DNA of 64,000 bases from Acidimicrobiales bacterium (GTDB lineage Bacteria > Actinomycetota > Acidimicrobiia > Acidimicrobiales > VFJN01), in contig DASSCS010000134.1 in assembly GCA_035697515.1 (NCBI GenBank), positions 15,286-79,285 of the forward strand. Direction: 5' to 3'. The notes under the pieces were generated by a model. That model did not search any database. It was not told where the DNA came from and saw nothing but the letters and a program-made list of their open reading frames with translations. Each line of letters begins with the position of its first letter. The first letter of the stretch is position 1. The position numbers and the translations under genes were made by a program. Shown one piece after another: positions 28,768 to 37,505 of the stretch.

Positions 28768-31428
28768 TCAGCGCGACTCCGCGGCGGCGACGATGGCCTG
28801 GGCGGCGGCCAGCCGGGCGATCGGCACCCGGAAGGGCGAGCACGATACGTAGTCGAGCCCGACCCGCTGGAAGAACGCGATCGATTGCGGGTCGCCGCCG
28901 TGCTCGCCGCACACGCCCAGCTTCAGGGACCGGTTGGTGCTGCGCCCCCGCTCGACGGCCACCGCGACCAGGTCGCCCACGCCGTCGACGTCGATCGTCT
29001 CGAAGGGGTTGCGGCGCAGCAGGCCGTGCTGCAGGTACAGGGGCATGACCCGCGACTCGACGTCGTCGCGGCTGAAGCCGAAGGCCATCTGGGTGAGGTC
29101 GTTGGTGCCGAAGCTGAAGAAGTCGGACACTTCGGCGATCTCGTCGGCCCGCACCGCGGCGCGGGGCGTCTCGATCATGGTGCCGATGGTGATGTCGAGG
29201 CGGCGGCGCGTCCCCTTCATGGCCTCGGCGATGGCCTCGGTGACCCAGCCGCGCGCCATGACCATCTCCTCACGGGTGACGGTGAGCGGGATCATGATCT
29301 CGACGACCGGCCGGCCCCCAGCCTTGGCCCGCTCGAGCGCGGCCTCGACCAGCGCCCGGACCTGCATGGCGTAGAGGCCGGGCTTGACCACGCCCAGGCG
29401 GACGCCCCGGGTGCCGAGCATGGGGTTCTGCTCGTGCCACGACCGTGCGGCCGCCAGCAGCGCCTGATCGTCGCCCGACAGCTTGCCCTGGGCCTGACGG
29501 ACCACCAGGTCCTCGACCCGGGGCAGGAACTCGTGCAGCGGCGGGTCGAGCAGGCGCACGGTCACGGGCAGGCCGTCCATGGCCTCGAGGACCTCGACGA
29601 AGTCGGCCCGCTGCACCGCCAGCAGCTTGTCGAGCGCGGCCTCCTCGGCCTCCGGCGTGTCGGCCAGGATCATCTCCCGCACCACGGGCAGGCGGTCGTC
29701 GCCCAGGAACATGTGCTCGGTGCGGCACAGCCCGATGCCCTCGGCGCCGTAGGCCCGGGCCGTGGCGGCGTCGGCGCCGGTGTCCGCGTTGGCCCGGACG
29801 CCCAGGCGGGCTCGGCGGGGGTTCTTGCCGCTGCGGATGCTGTCGGCCCAGGCGAGCAGCGTCTCCAGCTCCGGCGGCGCCTCGCTGGTGGACAGCTCCA
29901 CCTCGCCCCGCACCACCTCGCCGGTCGTGCCGTCGATGGAGATCACGTCGCCCTCGGCCACCGTCACCCCGCCGGCGGTGAAGCCCTTGCCCGAGATCTT
30001 CACGCTCTCGGCGCCCACCACGGCCGGGATGCCCCAGCCGCGGGCGACGACGGCTGCGTGGCTGACGAGCCCGCCCCGCGAGGTCAGGATGCCCTGCGAG
30101 GCCTGCATGCCATGGACGTCCTCGGGCGAGGTCTCGTTGCGCACCAGGATGACCTTGGCGCCCTCGGCGGCCGCGTCGGCCGCGTCGTCGGCCGTGAAGT
30201 ACACCTGACCGACCGCGGCACCGGGCGAGGCGGCGAGGCCGGTGGCGATGACCTCGACGTCGTTCGAGGCGAACTGGGGGTGCAGCACCTGCTCGACGTG
30301 ATCGGCGGTGATGCGCGTCAGCGCCTCGCCCCGCGTGATCTTCCAGCCCCGCCGCCGCTGGTTGGTCATGTCGACCGCCATGCGCAGCGCGGCCTGCCCG
30401 GTGCGCTTCCCCACCCGGGTCTGCAGCATCCACAGCCTGCCCTGCTCGATGGTGAACTCGGTGTCGCACATGTCGCGGTAGTGGGCCTCGAGCCGGGCGA
30501 AGATGCCGATCAGCTCGTCCTTGACCCCGGGGAAGTGCTTGCCCAGGTCGTCGAGGTTCTCGGTGTTGCGGATGCCGGCCACCACGTCCTCGCCCTGCGC
30601 GTTCACCAGGAAGTCCCCGTACGGCTTGTCCTCGCCGGTGGCCGCGTTGCGGGTGAAGCCCACCCCGGTGCCCGAGCTCTCGTCGCGGTTGCCGAACACC
30701 ATGACCTGCACGTTCACCGCGGTGCCCAGGTCGTGCGGGATCTTCTCGCGCTCGCGGTAGGCGCGCGCCCTGGCGCCGTCCCACGAGCGGAACACGGCCT
30801 CGATGGCACCCCGCAGCTGGCGCTGCGGGTCCTGGGGGAACGCCCTGCCCGACGCCGACTTGACCAGCTTGCGGTAGATCGAGCACAGGTCCTTGAGCGC
30901 CTCGGCCGGCAGTTCGGCGTCGCTCGTGACCCGAGCGTTGGACTTGGCCCGCTCGAGCTCGGCGTCGAAGGGCTCGCCGTCGATGCCCAGCACGATGCGG
31001 GCGTACAAGGCGATGAAACGGCGGTACGAGTCGTAGGCGAAGCGCTCGTCGGACGTGCCCCGGGCCAGTCCCTTCACGCTGCGGTCGTTGAGCCCCAGGT
31101 TGAGGACCGTGTCCATCATCCCGGGCATCGAGAACTTGGCCCCCGACCGCACGCTCACCAGCAGCGGCTCGTCGGGATCGCCCAGCCGGCGCTTCATCGC
31201 CTTCTCGAGCCGGCCCGTGTGGCGGGCCACCTCGTCGGACAGCCCCGGGGGCCAGCCGGAGCGCATGTGGTCGCGGCAGGCGTCGGTGCTGATGGTGAAC
31301 CCCGGGGGCACGGGCAGGCGCAGCACCGAGGTCATCTCGGCCAGGTTGGCGCCCTTGCCCCCCAGCAAGTCCTTCATCTCCATCGGCGGCCGCTTGTGGC
31401 GGTGGTCGAACGCGTAGACGTAGGGCAC
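28768..31428 (-). CDS. ppdK: Pyruvate, phosphate dikinase
   Basis: LLGGKGANLAEM, LLVSVRSGA, GEDVVAG, GL.SHAAVVARG, GLCRTEHMF, FSFGTNDLTQ, GVCGEHGGD. Confidence 0.97.
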   Translation of the reverse strand: MPYVYAFDHRHKRPPMEMKDLLGGKGANLAEMTSVLRLPVPPGFTISTDACRDHMRSGWPPGLSDEVARHTGRLEKAMKRRLGDPDEPLLVSVRSGAKFSMPGMMDTVLNLGLNDRSVKGLARGTSDERFAYDSYRRFIALYARIVLGIDGEPFDAELERAKSNARVTSDAELPAEALKDLCSIYRKLVKSASGRAFPQDPQRQLRGAIEAVFRSWDGARARAYREREKIPHDLGTAVNVQVMVFGNRDESSGTGVGFTRNAATGEDKPYGDFLVNAQGEDVVAGIRNTENLDDLGKHFPGVKDELIGIFARLEAHYRDMCDTEFTIEQGRLWMLQTRVGKRTGQAALRMAVDMTNQRRRGWKITRGEALTRITADHVEQVLHPQFASNDVEVIATGLAASPGAAVGQVYFTADDAADAAAEGAKVILVRNETSPEDVHGMQASQGILTSRGGLVSHAAVVARGWGIPAVVGAESVKISGKGFTAGGVTVAEGDVISIDGTTGEVVRGEVELSTSEAPPELETLLAWADSIRSGKNPRRARLGVRANADTGADAATARAYGAEGIGLCRTEHMFLGDDRLPVVREMILADTPEAEEAALDKLLAVQRADFVEVLEAMDGLPVTVRLLDPPLHEFLPRVEDLVVRQAQGKLSGDDQALLAAARSWHEQNPMLGTRGVRLGVVKPGLYAMQVRALVEAALERAKAGGRPVVEIMIPLTVTREEMVMARGWVTEAIAEAMKGTRRRLDITIGTMIETPRAAVRADEIAEVSDFFSFGTNDLTQMAFGFSRDDVESRVMPLYLQHGLLRRNPFETIDVDGVGDLVAVAVERGRSTNRSLKLGVCGEHGGDPQSIAFFQRVGLDYVSCSPFRVPIARLAAAQAIVAAAESR

Positions 31429-31573
31429 GTCTCCCCCGATCGCTGGTCTCGGCGGCAGTCGGTCCGAGCCTACGCCCACGCCGCGACCACCGGTCGCGAC
31501 GGCGCCCCGCGACGGTGCGGTAGCGTCGATCCTCCCCGCACCGCCGGTGCGTGCGGGGAGGAGACGGTCGAGC

Positions 31574-32371
31574 ATGCGGCTCTTGTGGGAGGTCGCGCGC
31601 CGCAGCTTCCGGAGGTGGTCGACCTACCGGATGGCCACGGCCGCGGGGGTGGTGACCAACACCGTGTTCGGCTACCTGCGCGCGTACATCCTCATCGCCG
31701 TGGCCGTCGCGGGCGGCGGGCGCGTCGGCGGCTGGGACGAGGCCACGCTCGTGACCTTCTCGTTCCTCACCCAGGGCCTGATCGCCGGCACCGGCGCCTT
31801 CGGCGAGTCGGAGCTGGCCGAGCGGGTGCGCACCGGCGACGTGGTCGTCGACCTCTACCGTCCCGTCGACCTGCAGGCCTGGTGGCTGGCGTCGTGGATC
31901 GGGCGGTCGGCGTTCACGTTCCTGGCCCGGGGTGTGCCCCCGGTGCTGCTAGGCGCCGTCGTGTTCGACCTGGTCGTGCCGCCCGACGCGGCCACGTGGG
32001 CGGCCTTCCTCGCCTCGGTGGCGCTCGCCTCGGGCGTCGGCTTCGCGCTCCGGTTCTGCACGAACCTCACCGCGTTCTGGCTGCTCGACAACCGCGGTGT
32101 CGACCAGCTGGTCACGCTGGTGCTCGCGTTCTTCGGCGGGCTGCTCCTGCCCGTGGTGCTGTTCCCCGCCTGGCTCGAGGAGCTGGCCCGGTCCCTCCCC
32201 TTCGCCGCCATGGTGCAGTACCCGGCCGAGGTGTTCATGGGCCGCCACGACACGGTCGGCGGCATGATCGGCGTCCTGGCCGCCCAGGCCGGCTGGCTGG
32301 CCGTGCTGGTCGTCGCCGGGCGGCTGCTGTTGGGCGCCGCCACCCGCAAGGTGGTGATCCAGGGTGGCTGA
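31574..32371 (+). CDS. ABC-2 family (DUF990-type) permease
   Basis: ERVRTGDVVVDLYRPV, LPFAAMVQYP; six TM segments. Confidence 0.88.
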   Translation: MRLLWEVARRSFRRWSTYRMATAAGVVTNTVFGYLRAYILIAVAVAGGGRVGGWDEATLVTFSFLTQGLIAGTGAFGESELAERVRTGDVVVDLYRPVDLQAWWLASWIGRSAFTFLARGVPPVLLGAVVFDLVVPPDAATWAAFLASVALASGVGFALRFCTNLTAFWLLDNRGVDQLVTLVLAFFGGLLLPVVLFPAWLEELARSLPFAAMVQYPAEVFMGRHDTVGGMIGVLAAQAGWLAVLVVAGRLLLGAATRKVVIQGG

Positions 32372-33176
32372 GGCCCTGTCGCTGCTCCGCAGCTACCGCC
32401 GCCTGGTGGGCGCGAAGATCCGCTCCGACTGGCAGTACCGCGCCTCGTTCCTCTTGTTCCTCCTGTCGCAGACGGCCATCACCGCGCTCGACCTGGTCGT
32501 GATCGTCGTCCTGTTCGACGTCGTGCCCTCGATCGGCGGCTGGGACATCACCGAGGTGGCGGTGCTGTACGGCCTGTCCGGCCTGTCGTTCGGCCTGGGC
32601 GATCTCTTCATCAGCCAGGTCGAGACCATCGCCGTGCACGTCCGCCAGGGCGAGTTCGACCGGTTCCTGCTCCGGCCGCTGCCGACGATCATGCAGCTCT
32701 CGGCCACCGAGTTCGCGCTGCGGCGCATCGGCCGCACGGTCCCGGGGGCGGCGACGCTGGTCGTCGCACTGGTTGCGGCCGACGTCGACTGGACCGTCGG
32801 GCGCATCCTCCTCGTGCCGGTCACGGTGGCCTCGGGCACCGCGATCTTCGGCGCCGTGTGGGTGGTCACGGCCTCGATCTCGTTCTGGACGGTGGGTGCC
32901 CGCGAGGTCGCCAACTCGTTCACCTACGGCGGCGGCTTCGCCCACCAGTACCCCCTGCACGTCTACGCCCGCTGGGTCCGCACCCTGCTCGGCTGGATCG
33001 TGCCCATGGCCTTCGTGGCGTACGTGCCCGCGGTCCGCCTGCTCGACGCCCCCAACCCGCTCGGGCTGCCCGACTGGCTGGCCTACGCGCCGCCGTTCGT
33101 GGCGGTGGCCTCGGTGGTGGTCGCCAGGGCGGTGTGGGCCGCCGGCATCCGCGCCTACCAGAGCACGGGGAGCTGA
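32364..33176 (+). CDS. ABC-2 family (DUF990-type) permease
   Basis: VRQGEFDRFLLRP, YPLHVY, PMAFVAYVP. Confidence 0.88.
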   Translation: MAEALSLLRSYRRLVGAKIRSDWQYRASFLLFLLSQTAITALDLVVIVVLFDVVPSIGGWDITEVAVLYGLSGLSFGLGDLFISQVETIAVHVRQGEFDRFLLRPLPTIMQLSATEFALRRIGRTVPGAATLVVALVAADVDWTVGRILLVPVTVASGTAIFGAVWVVTASISFWTVGAREVANSFTYGGGFAHQYPLHVYARWVRTLLGWIVPMAFVAYVPAVRLLDAPNPLGLPDWLAYAPPFVAVASVVVARAVWAAGIRAYQSTGS

Positions 33177-33178
33177 CC

Positions 33179-34171
33179 GTGACCCGCGACGACCAACCCG
33201 TCATCCTCTGCGACGGGCTCGCCAAGAGCTTCACCGTCCGCCACCCGGCCGGCCTGCTGCGGCGCCGGCGGGCCGAGGTGGTGGCCGTCGACGGCGTGTC
33301 GTTCACGGTGGGCGCAGGCGAGATGGTCGGCTACCTCGGCCCCAACGGCGCCGGGAAGTCGACCACGATCAAGATGATCACCGGCATCCTCACGCCCAGC
33401 GGCGGGCGGGTCGAGACGCTCGGCCTCACGCCGATCCGGCAGCGGACCGAGCTGGCGCGTCGCATCGGCGTGGTGTTCGGCCAGCGCACCCAGCTGTGGT
33501 GGGACCTGCCGCTCGCCGACAGCTTCGAGCTGCTGCACCACGTGTACCGCACCGGCCGGCGCCGCCACGACGAGAACCTGGCCGCGTTCGTCGACCTGCT
33601 GGGCATGGGCCCGTTCCTCGCCACGCCGGTGCGGCAGCTGTCGCTCGGCCAACGGATGCGGGGCGAGCTGACCGCGGCGCTGCTGCACGACCCGGCGCTG
33701 GTGGTGCTCGACGAGCCCACGATCGGCCTCGACGTCGTAAGCAAGCAGGCGGTGCGCGACTTCCTCGTCGCCCTCAACCGCGACCGGGGCACCACCGTGC
33801 TGCTCACCACCCACGACCTCGATGATGTCGAGCGGCTGTGCGAGCGGATGATGATCATCGACCACGGCCACGTCATCCACGACGGCGGCGTGGCCGCGTT
33901 CAAGACCGCCTACGGCACCCACCGCACGGTGGTGGTCGACCTCGTCGAGCCCGCTCCCCCGCTGGAGGTGAAGGCGACGACCGTGACCGGGGTCGACGGC
34001 CCCCGGCAGTGGCTGAGCTTCGACCGACGGCAGACGACCGCGGCCGAGGTGGTGGCCCGCATCGTCGCCGTCGCCGCCGTGCACGACCTGTCGATCGAGG
34101 AGCCCGAGATCGAGGACCTGGTGCGCCGCGTCTACACGGGGCTCGCCGCCGACCCTGCGTCGCCGGGCTGA
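33179..34171 (+). CDS. ABC transporter ATP-binding protein
   Basis: GPNGAGKST, VVFGQRTQLWWDLP, LSLGQRMR, LDEPTIGLD, LLTTHD. Confidence 0.92.
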   Translation: MTRDDQPVILCDGLAKSFTVRHPAGLLRRRRAEVVAVDGVSFTVGAGEMVGYLGPNGAGKSTTIKMITGILTPSGGRVETLGLTPIRQRTELARRIGVVFGQRTQLWWDLPLADSFELLHHVYRTGRRRHDENLAAFVDLLGMGPFLATPVRQLSLGQRMRGELTAALLHDPALVVLDEPTIGLDVVSKQAVRDFLVALNRDRGTTVLLTTHDLDDVERLCERMMIIDHGHVIHDGGVAAFKTAYGTHRTVVVDLVEPAPPLEVKATTVTGVDGPRQWLSFDRRQTTAAEVVARIVAVAAVHDLSIEEPEIEDLVRRVYTGLAADPASPG

Positions 34172-34629
34172 CCGGTACCCCGGATCTGGGCGGTCGCCGT
34201 GGCGGTGGCGACGATCGTCCCCCTGTCGTCGAGCAGGTCGCCGGCCAGGAAGGCGACGTCGCGGCCGCGCCGCACGACGCGCCCCCGTCCCCGGAGCCGG
34301 CCGGGCGCCGCTGGACGCAGGAACTGGACGTGGAGGTCGGTCGTCGGCGCGGACTGTCCCGGCCCGAGCGTGGCGACGAGGGCGGGGCCGAGGGTGTCGT
34401 CGAGCATGGCGGCGAGCAGGCCGCCCTGGATGCTGCCGAACGGGTTGAGGAACCGGTCGCTCGCGTCGAACGACACCGTGATCGTGCCCCGGTCGGGATC
34501 GACCGCCTCCAGTCGCCACCCGAGCAGCTCGCCCGCCGGTGGGGGCGCCGCGCGCCCCTCCATGACGTCCCAGAACGGGCCCGCGCGTCTCTGCGGTCGG
34601 TCCTGTGGAGTGCCGGTGCTGCTGGCCAT
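34132..34629 (-). CDS. PaaI family thioesterase
   Basis: FLNPFGSIQGGLLAAMLDD, TTDLHVQFLRP; 40-bp convergent overlap with the ABC ATPase. Confidence 0.9.
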   Translation of the reverse strand: MASSTGTPQDRPQRRAGPFWDVMEGRAAPPPAGELLGWRLEAVDPDRGTITVSFDASDRFLNPFGSIQGGLLAAMLDDTLGPALVATLGPGQSAPTTDLHVQFLRPAAPGRLRGRGRVVRRGRDVAFLAGDLLDDRGTIVATATATAQIRGTGQPGDAGSAASPV

Positions 34630-34723
34630 GATCCCTCACTCGATCCGCAACGTGGTCGTGGAACTCGATCGCGAACTGATCGCGAACTTGATCCGAAGAC
34701 TTGTCGGATGGAATTATAAGGTC

Positions 34724-35377
34724 GTGGCGCACAACGTCAAGAGGCGCAGCTACGACAGCACCGGCCGCCGGGCCGAGTCGCTCGCCACGAGGCAGCGCAT
34801 CATCGACGTCACGCGGCAGCTGATGCTCGAGCGCGGCTACCGCGCCACCACCCTGGCGGCCGTCGCCCGGGCGGCGGATGTGCACGTCGACACGGTCTAC
34901 GAGCTGGTGGGACGGAAGCCGGTGCTGCTGCGCGAGCTGATCGAGCAGGCGCTCTCGGGCACCGACCACGCCGTCCCGGCCGAGGACCGGACCTACGTCG
35001 CCGCCATCAGGGCCGAGCCCGATCCCCGGCGGAAGATCGCCATCTACGCCGCCGCCGTCCGCGACATGCAGGCCCGGCTGGCGCCCCTGGTGCTCGCCGT
35101 GCGGGATGCGTCGGCCACCGAGCCCGAGGCGCGCGAGGTCTGGCGCCGGCTCAGCGACCGGCGGGCCACCAACATGCGTGCCTTCGTGGCGGACCTGCAG
35201 GCCGCCGGCGGCCTGCGCGACGGCCTGTCGATCGAGGAGGCCGCCGACACCGTGTGGGCGACCAACAGCTCCGAGATGTACCTGCTCGTCACCGTCGACC
35301 GCGGCTGGTCGCCCGACCGCTACGAACGCTGGCTGGCCGACACCTGGAACCGGCTGCTGCTGCCGGCGGCGCCGTGA
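34724..35377 (+). CDS. TetR/AcrR family regulator
   Basis: GYRATTLAAVARAADVHVDTVYELVGRKPVLL. Confidence 0.88.
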   Translation: MAHNVKRRSYDSTGRRAESLATRQRIIDVTRQLMLERGYRATTLAAVARAADVHVDTVYELVGRKPVLLRELIEQALSGTDHAVPAEDRTYVAAIRAEPDPRRKIAIYAAAVRDMQARLAPLVLAVRDASATEPEAREVWRRLSDRRATNMRAFVADLQAAGGLRDGLSIEEAADTVWATNSSEMYLLVTVDRGWSPDRYERWLADTWNRLLLPAAP

Positions 35378-35413
35378 CCTCGCGGCACGCGGTGGCGGCG
35401 TCGCCAGGGCGGA

Positions 35414-36160
35414 TCAGGTGGGGGCGACGCTGATCCAGGTGGCCTCGGACGCCGCCAGCAGACGGCCGTCGCGGTCGTAGATGCCGGCCCGGCCGTAGGC
35501 CTTGCGGCCCTCCTGCCCGGCCGACTCGGCGACCACCTGGTAGGACCGGCCCGGGTGCAGCTCGCCCCGCACCTCGGCTCGCAGCCGTCCCAGCAGGGCG
35601 ACCGCGCCGGGCGCCATGTTGACCCACGCCGTCGGGCAGTCGAGCGCCGCCCACACCGCCGCCGCCGGCAGCCGCCCGTGGGGGCCGGCGTGGGCCTCGG
35701 CGGGGGTGAAGACCGCCGCCGCCCGCGCCGGCGTCCCGGGCAGAGCACCCGGGAAGATGCGCAGGCCCTCGCCCACCGCGCGCTCGGTGCCACAGACGAA
35801 GCAACCGGGGAAGGGATGGTCGTGGTGGCCGGCGAAGCCGGCTTCGGCCGCCGCGGCCAGGTGCCAGTCGACCGGGGCCGGCGCCCGCACCGTCCCGGGC
35901 GAGCGGCGGGCGCTCACCAGCAGCTCGTCGTCGACCGACAGGGTGGCGACGTCGTCGGCCGCCCCCAGGTCGAGCGGGGTGTCGAGCGGCGTCGGGGCCC
36001 GCAGGGTCACCTCGATCGGGCCGGCGCCCAGGTGCCCGGCCACGCTGCCGGACACCCAGCCGCCGTTGGCCATGCCCGGCGGGCCGCAGCGCCCGGCCGG
36101 GATGGTGATCGTCGTGGCCAGCCACGGGTCGGGCATGATGCGGTCGTAGGTGATCGACAT
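35414..36160 (-). CDS. Double hotdog-fold / thioesterase-like protein
   Basis: CGPPGMANGG, LRAPTPL, HPFPGCFVCG, VWAALDCP, RKAYGRAGI. Confidence 0.7.
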   Translation of the reverse strand: MSITYDRIMPDPWLATTITIPAGRCGPPGMANGGWVSGSVAGHLGAGPIEVTLRAPTPLDTPLDLGAADDVATLSVDDELLVSARRSPGTVRAPAPVDWHLAAAAEAGFAGHHDHPFPGCFVCGTERAVGEGLRIFPGALPGTPARAAAVFTPAEAHAGPHGRLPAAAVWAALDCPTAWVNMAPGAVALLGRLRAEVRGELHPGRSYQVVAESAGQEGRKAYGRAGIYDRDGRLLAASEATWISVAPT

Positions 36161-36165
36161 GGCGC

Positions 36166-37365
36166 TCACCCCCACCTCGGTGCGGCGTCCGGGTCGACGC
36201 CCAGCGCCGTCTTGCCGACGACCTCGTGCACCATCAGCCGGTTGGCCGGGTGCATGCGACCCAGGCGCACGTCCCGGAACAGCTGCTCGATGCGGTTGCG
36301 CTTGAACACTCCGGCGCCGCCGGTCAGGTCGAGCGCGGTGTCGACCACCTCGAACGCCTTCGTCACGGCGAAGTGCTTGGCCGCGACGATCTTGAGCGGC
36401 CAGTCGGCCCCGTGGTCCACGCCGGCCGACCAGTCGTCGCACACGCGGCCGAGATAACCGTCGATGGCCTCGAGGGCCATGCGCATCTCGGCCACGCCCC
36501 GCTGCACCTCGGGGTTGTGCGCCTGGCTGCGGGTGAGGCCGATCGAGCCCCGGGTCTTCGCCGCCTCGACCACCAGGTCGTAGGCCCGGCGGGCGGCGCC
36601 CGTGTAGACGTTGGCGAAGCCGAGCAGGCCCCACGCCAGCAGGCTGAGGTGGAACAGGTCGGCACCGGCCGCGCCGGCCCGGGAGACGACCGGGACCAGC
36701 TCGTCGGGCACGAACGCGCCGTCGAAGACGGTGTCCTCGCTGGAGGTGGCCCGCATGCCCATGGCGTCCCAGGTCTTCTCGATGCGGTAGTTGGACGCGT
36801 CCCGGGGCAGGAACCCGTGGATGACCTTCGGGGCGTCCGCGTCGGACGTGTCCATGGCGTGGAGGCCCAGGTAGGTCCACACGGGCGACAGGCTGCCGAA
36901 CACCTTTCGGCCGGTCACGACCCAGCCGCCGTCGACCTTGGTCGCCTGGGTGGTCGAGGCGAACAGCCCCAGGTCGTTGCCGGCCTCGCCGTGGCCCGCG
37001 GCGAACACGTGCCCGTCGGCGGCCTCGCGCAGGATGAAGTCGCACCGGTGGTCACCGAACAGGGCCAGGTTGGCGGCCAGGCCGGTCCAGTACAGGTGCA
37101 TGTTCACGGCCACCGCGGTGGCGGGAGCGTGGTAGGCGAGCCGCTGCTGGAGGCGCATGACCTCGTTGAGGGCAAGGCCCGACCCGCCCAGCTCGGTAGG
37201 CACCGCGGCCAGCAGGTAGCCCGACGCGCGCAGCTCGTCGAAGTCCTCGGTGAAGAACCGGTTCTCACGGTCGTAGACCGGCGCCCGCTCGTCGAACCGC
37301 CGCAGCATGTCGTCGGTGAGCAGCTCGCCGGTGGTGACCGTGGCGTCGCGGGTGATGGTGCTCAT
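36166..37365 (-). CDS. Acyl-CoA dehydrogenase family flavoprotein
   Basis: VPTELGGSG, ATAVAVNMH, VTGRKVFGS, WDAMGMRATSS, IEQLFRDVRLG. Confidence 0.88.
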   Translation of the reverse strand: MSTITRDATVTTGELLTDDMLRRFDERAPVYDRENRFFTEDFDELRASGYLLAAVPTELGGSGLALNEVMRLQQRLAYHAPATAVAVNMHLYWTGLAANLALFGDHRCDFILREAADGHVFAAGHGEAGNDLGLFASTTQATKVDGGWVVTGRKVFGSLSPVWTYLGLHAMDTSDADAPKVIHGFLPRDASNYRIEKTWDAMGMRATSSEDTVFDGAFVPDELVPVVSRAGAAGADLFHLSLLAWGLLGFANVYTGAARRAYDLVVEAAKTRGSIGLTRSQAHNPEVQRGVAEMRMALEAIDGYLGRVCDDWSAGVDHGADWPLKIVAAKHFAVTKAFEVVDTALDLTGGAGVFKRNRIEQLFRDVRLGRMHPANRLMVHEVVGKTALGVDPDAAPRWG

Positions 37366-37407
37366 TGTCCGTCCTTACGTGGGAAGTCGGTGATCGGTGC
37401 GAAAATC

Positions 37408-37438
37408 ATCGTGACCCCCGGTTGCACGGCTGTTGCAC
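37408..37438 (-). promoter_or_regulatory. SARP-type promoter: GTGCAAC-N4-GTGCAAC-N7-CACGAT(-10)
   Basis: Perfect heptamer direct repeat at 11-bp period (37421-37427, 37432-37438) next to a -10 box, in the intergenic region shared with a SARP/BTAD gene. Confidence 0.65.
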
Positions 37439-37505
37439 GCCGCTTGACGGGCGGTGCAGGACAGGTCGGGCGACCGTGCTCGTAGAACCGGAGGCGAGGA
37501 CCGCA

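Noticed and set aside
28672-32502. Very long shadow ORFs (also 9691-11739 +, 53885-57505 -, 57622-60900 -, 19248-20627 +, 43226-46168 +)
   Set aside because: Antisense or alternative frames of real genes; expected in high-GC DNA where stop codons are scarce.
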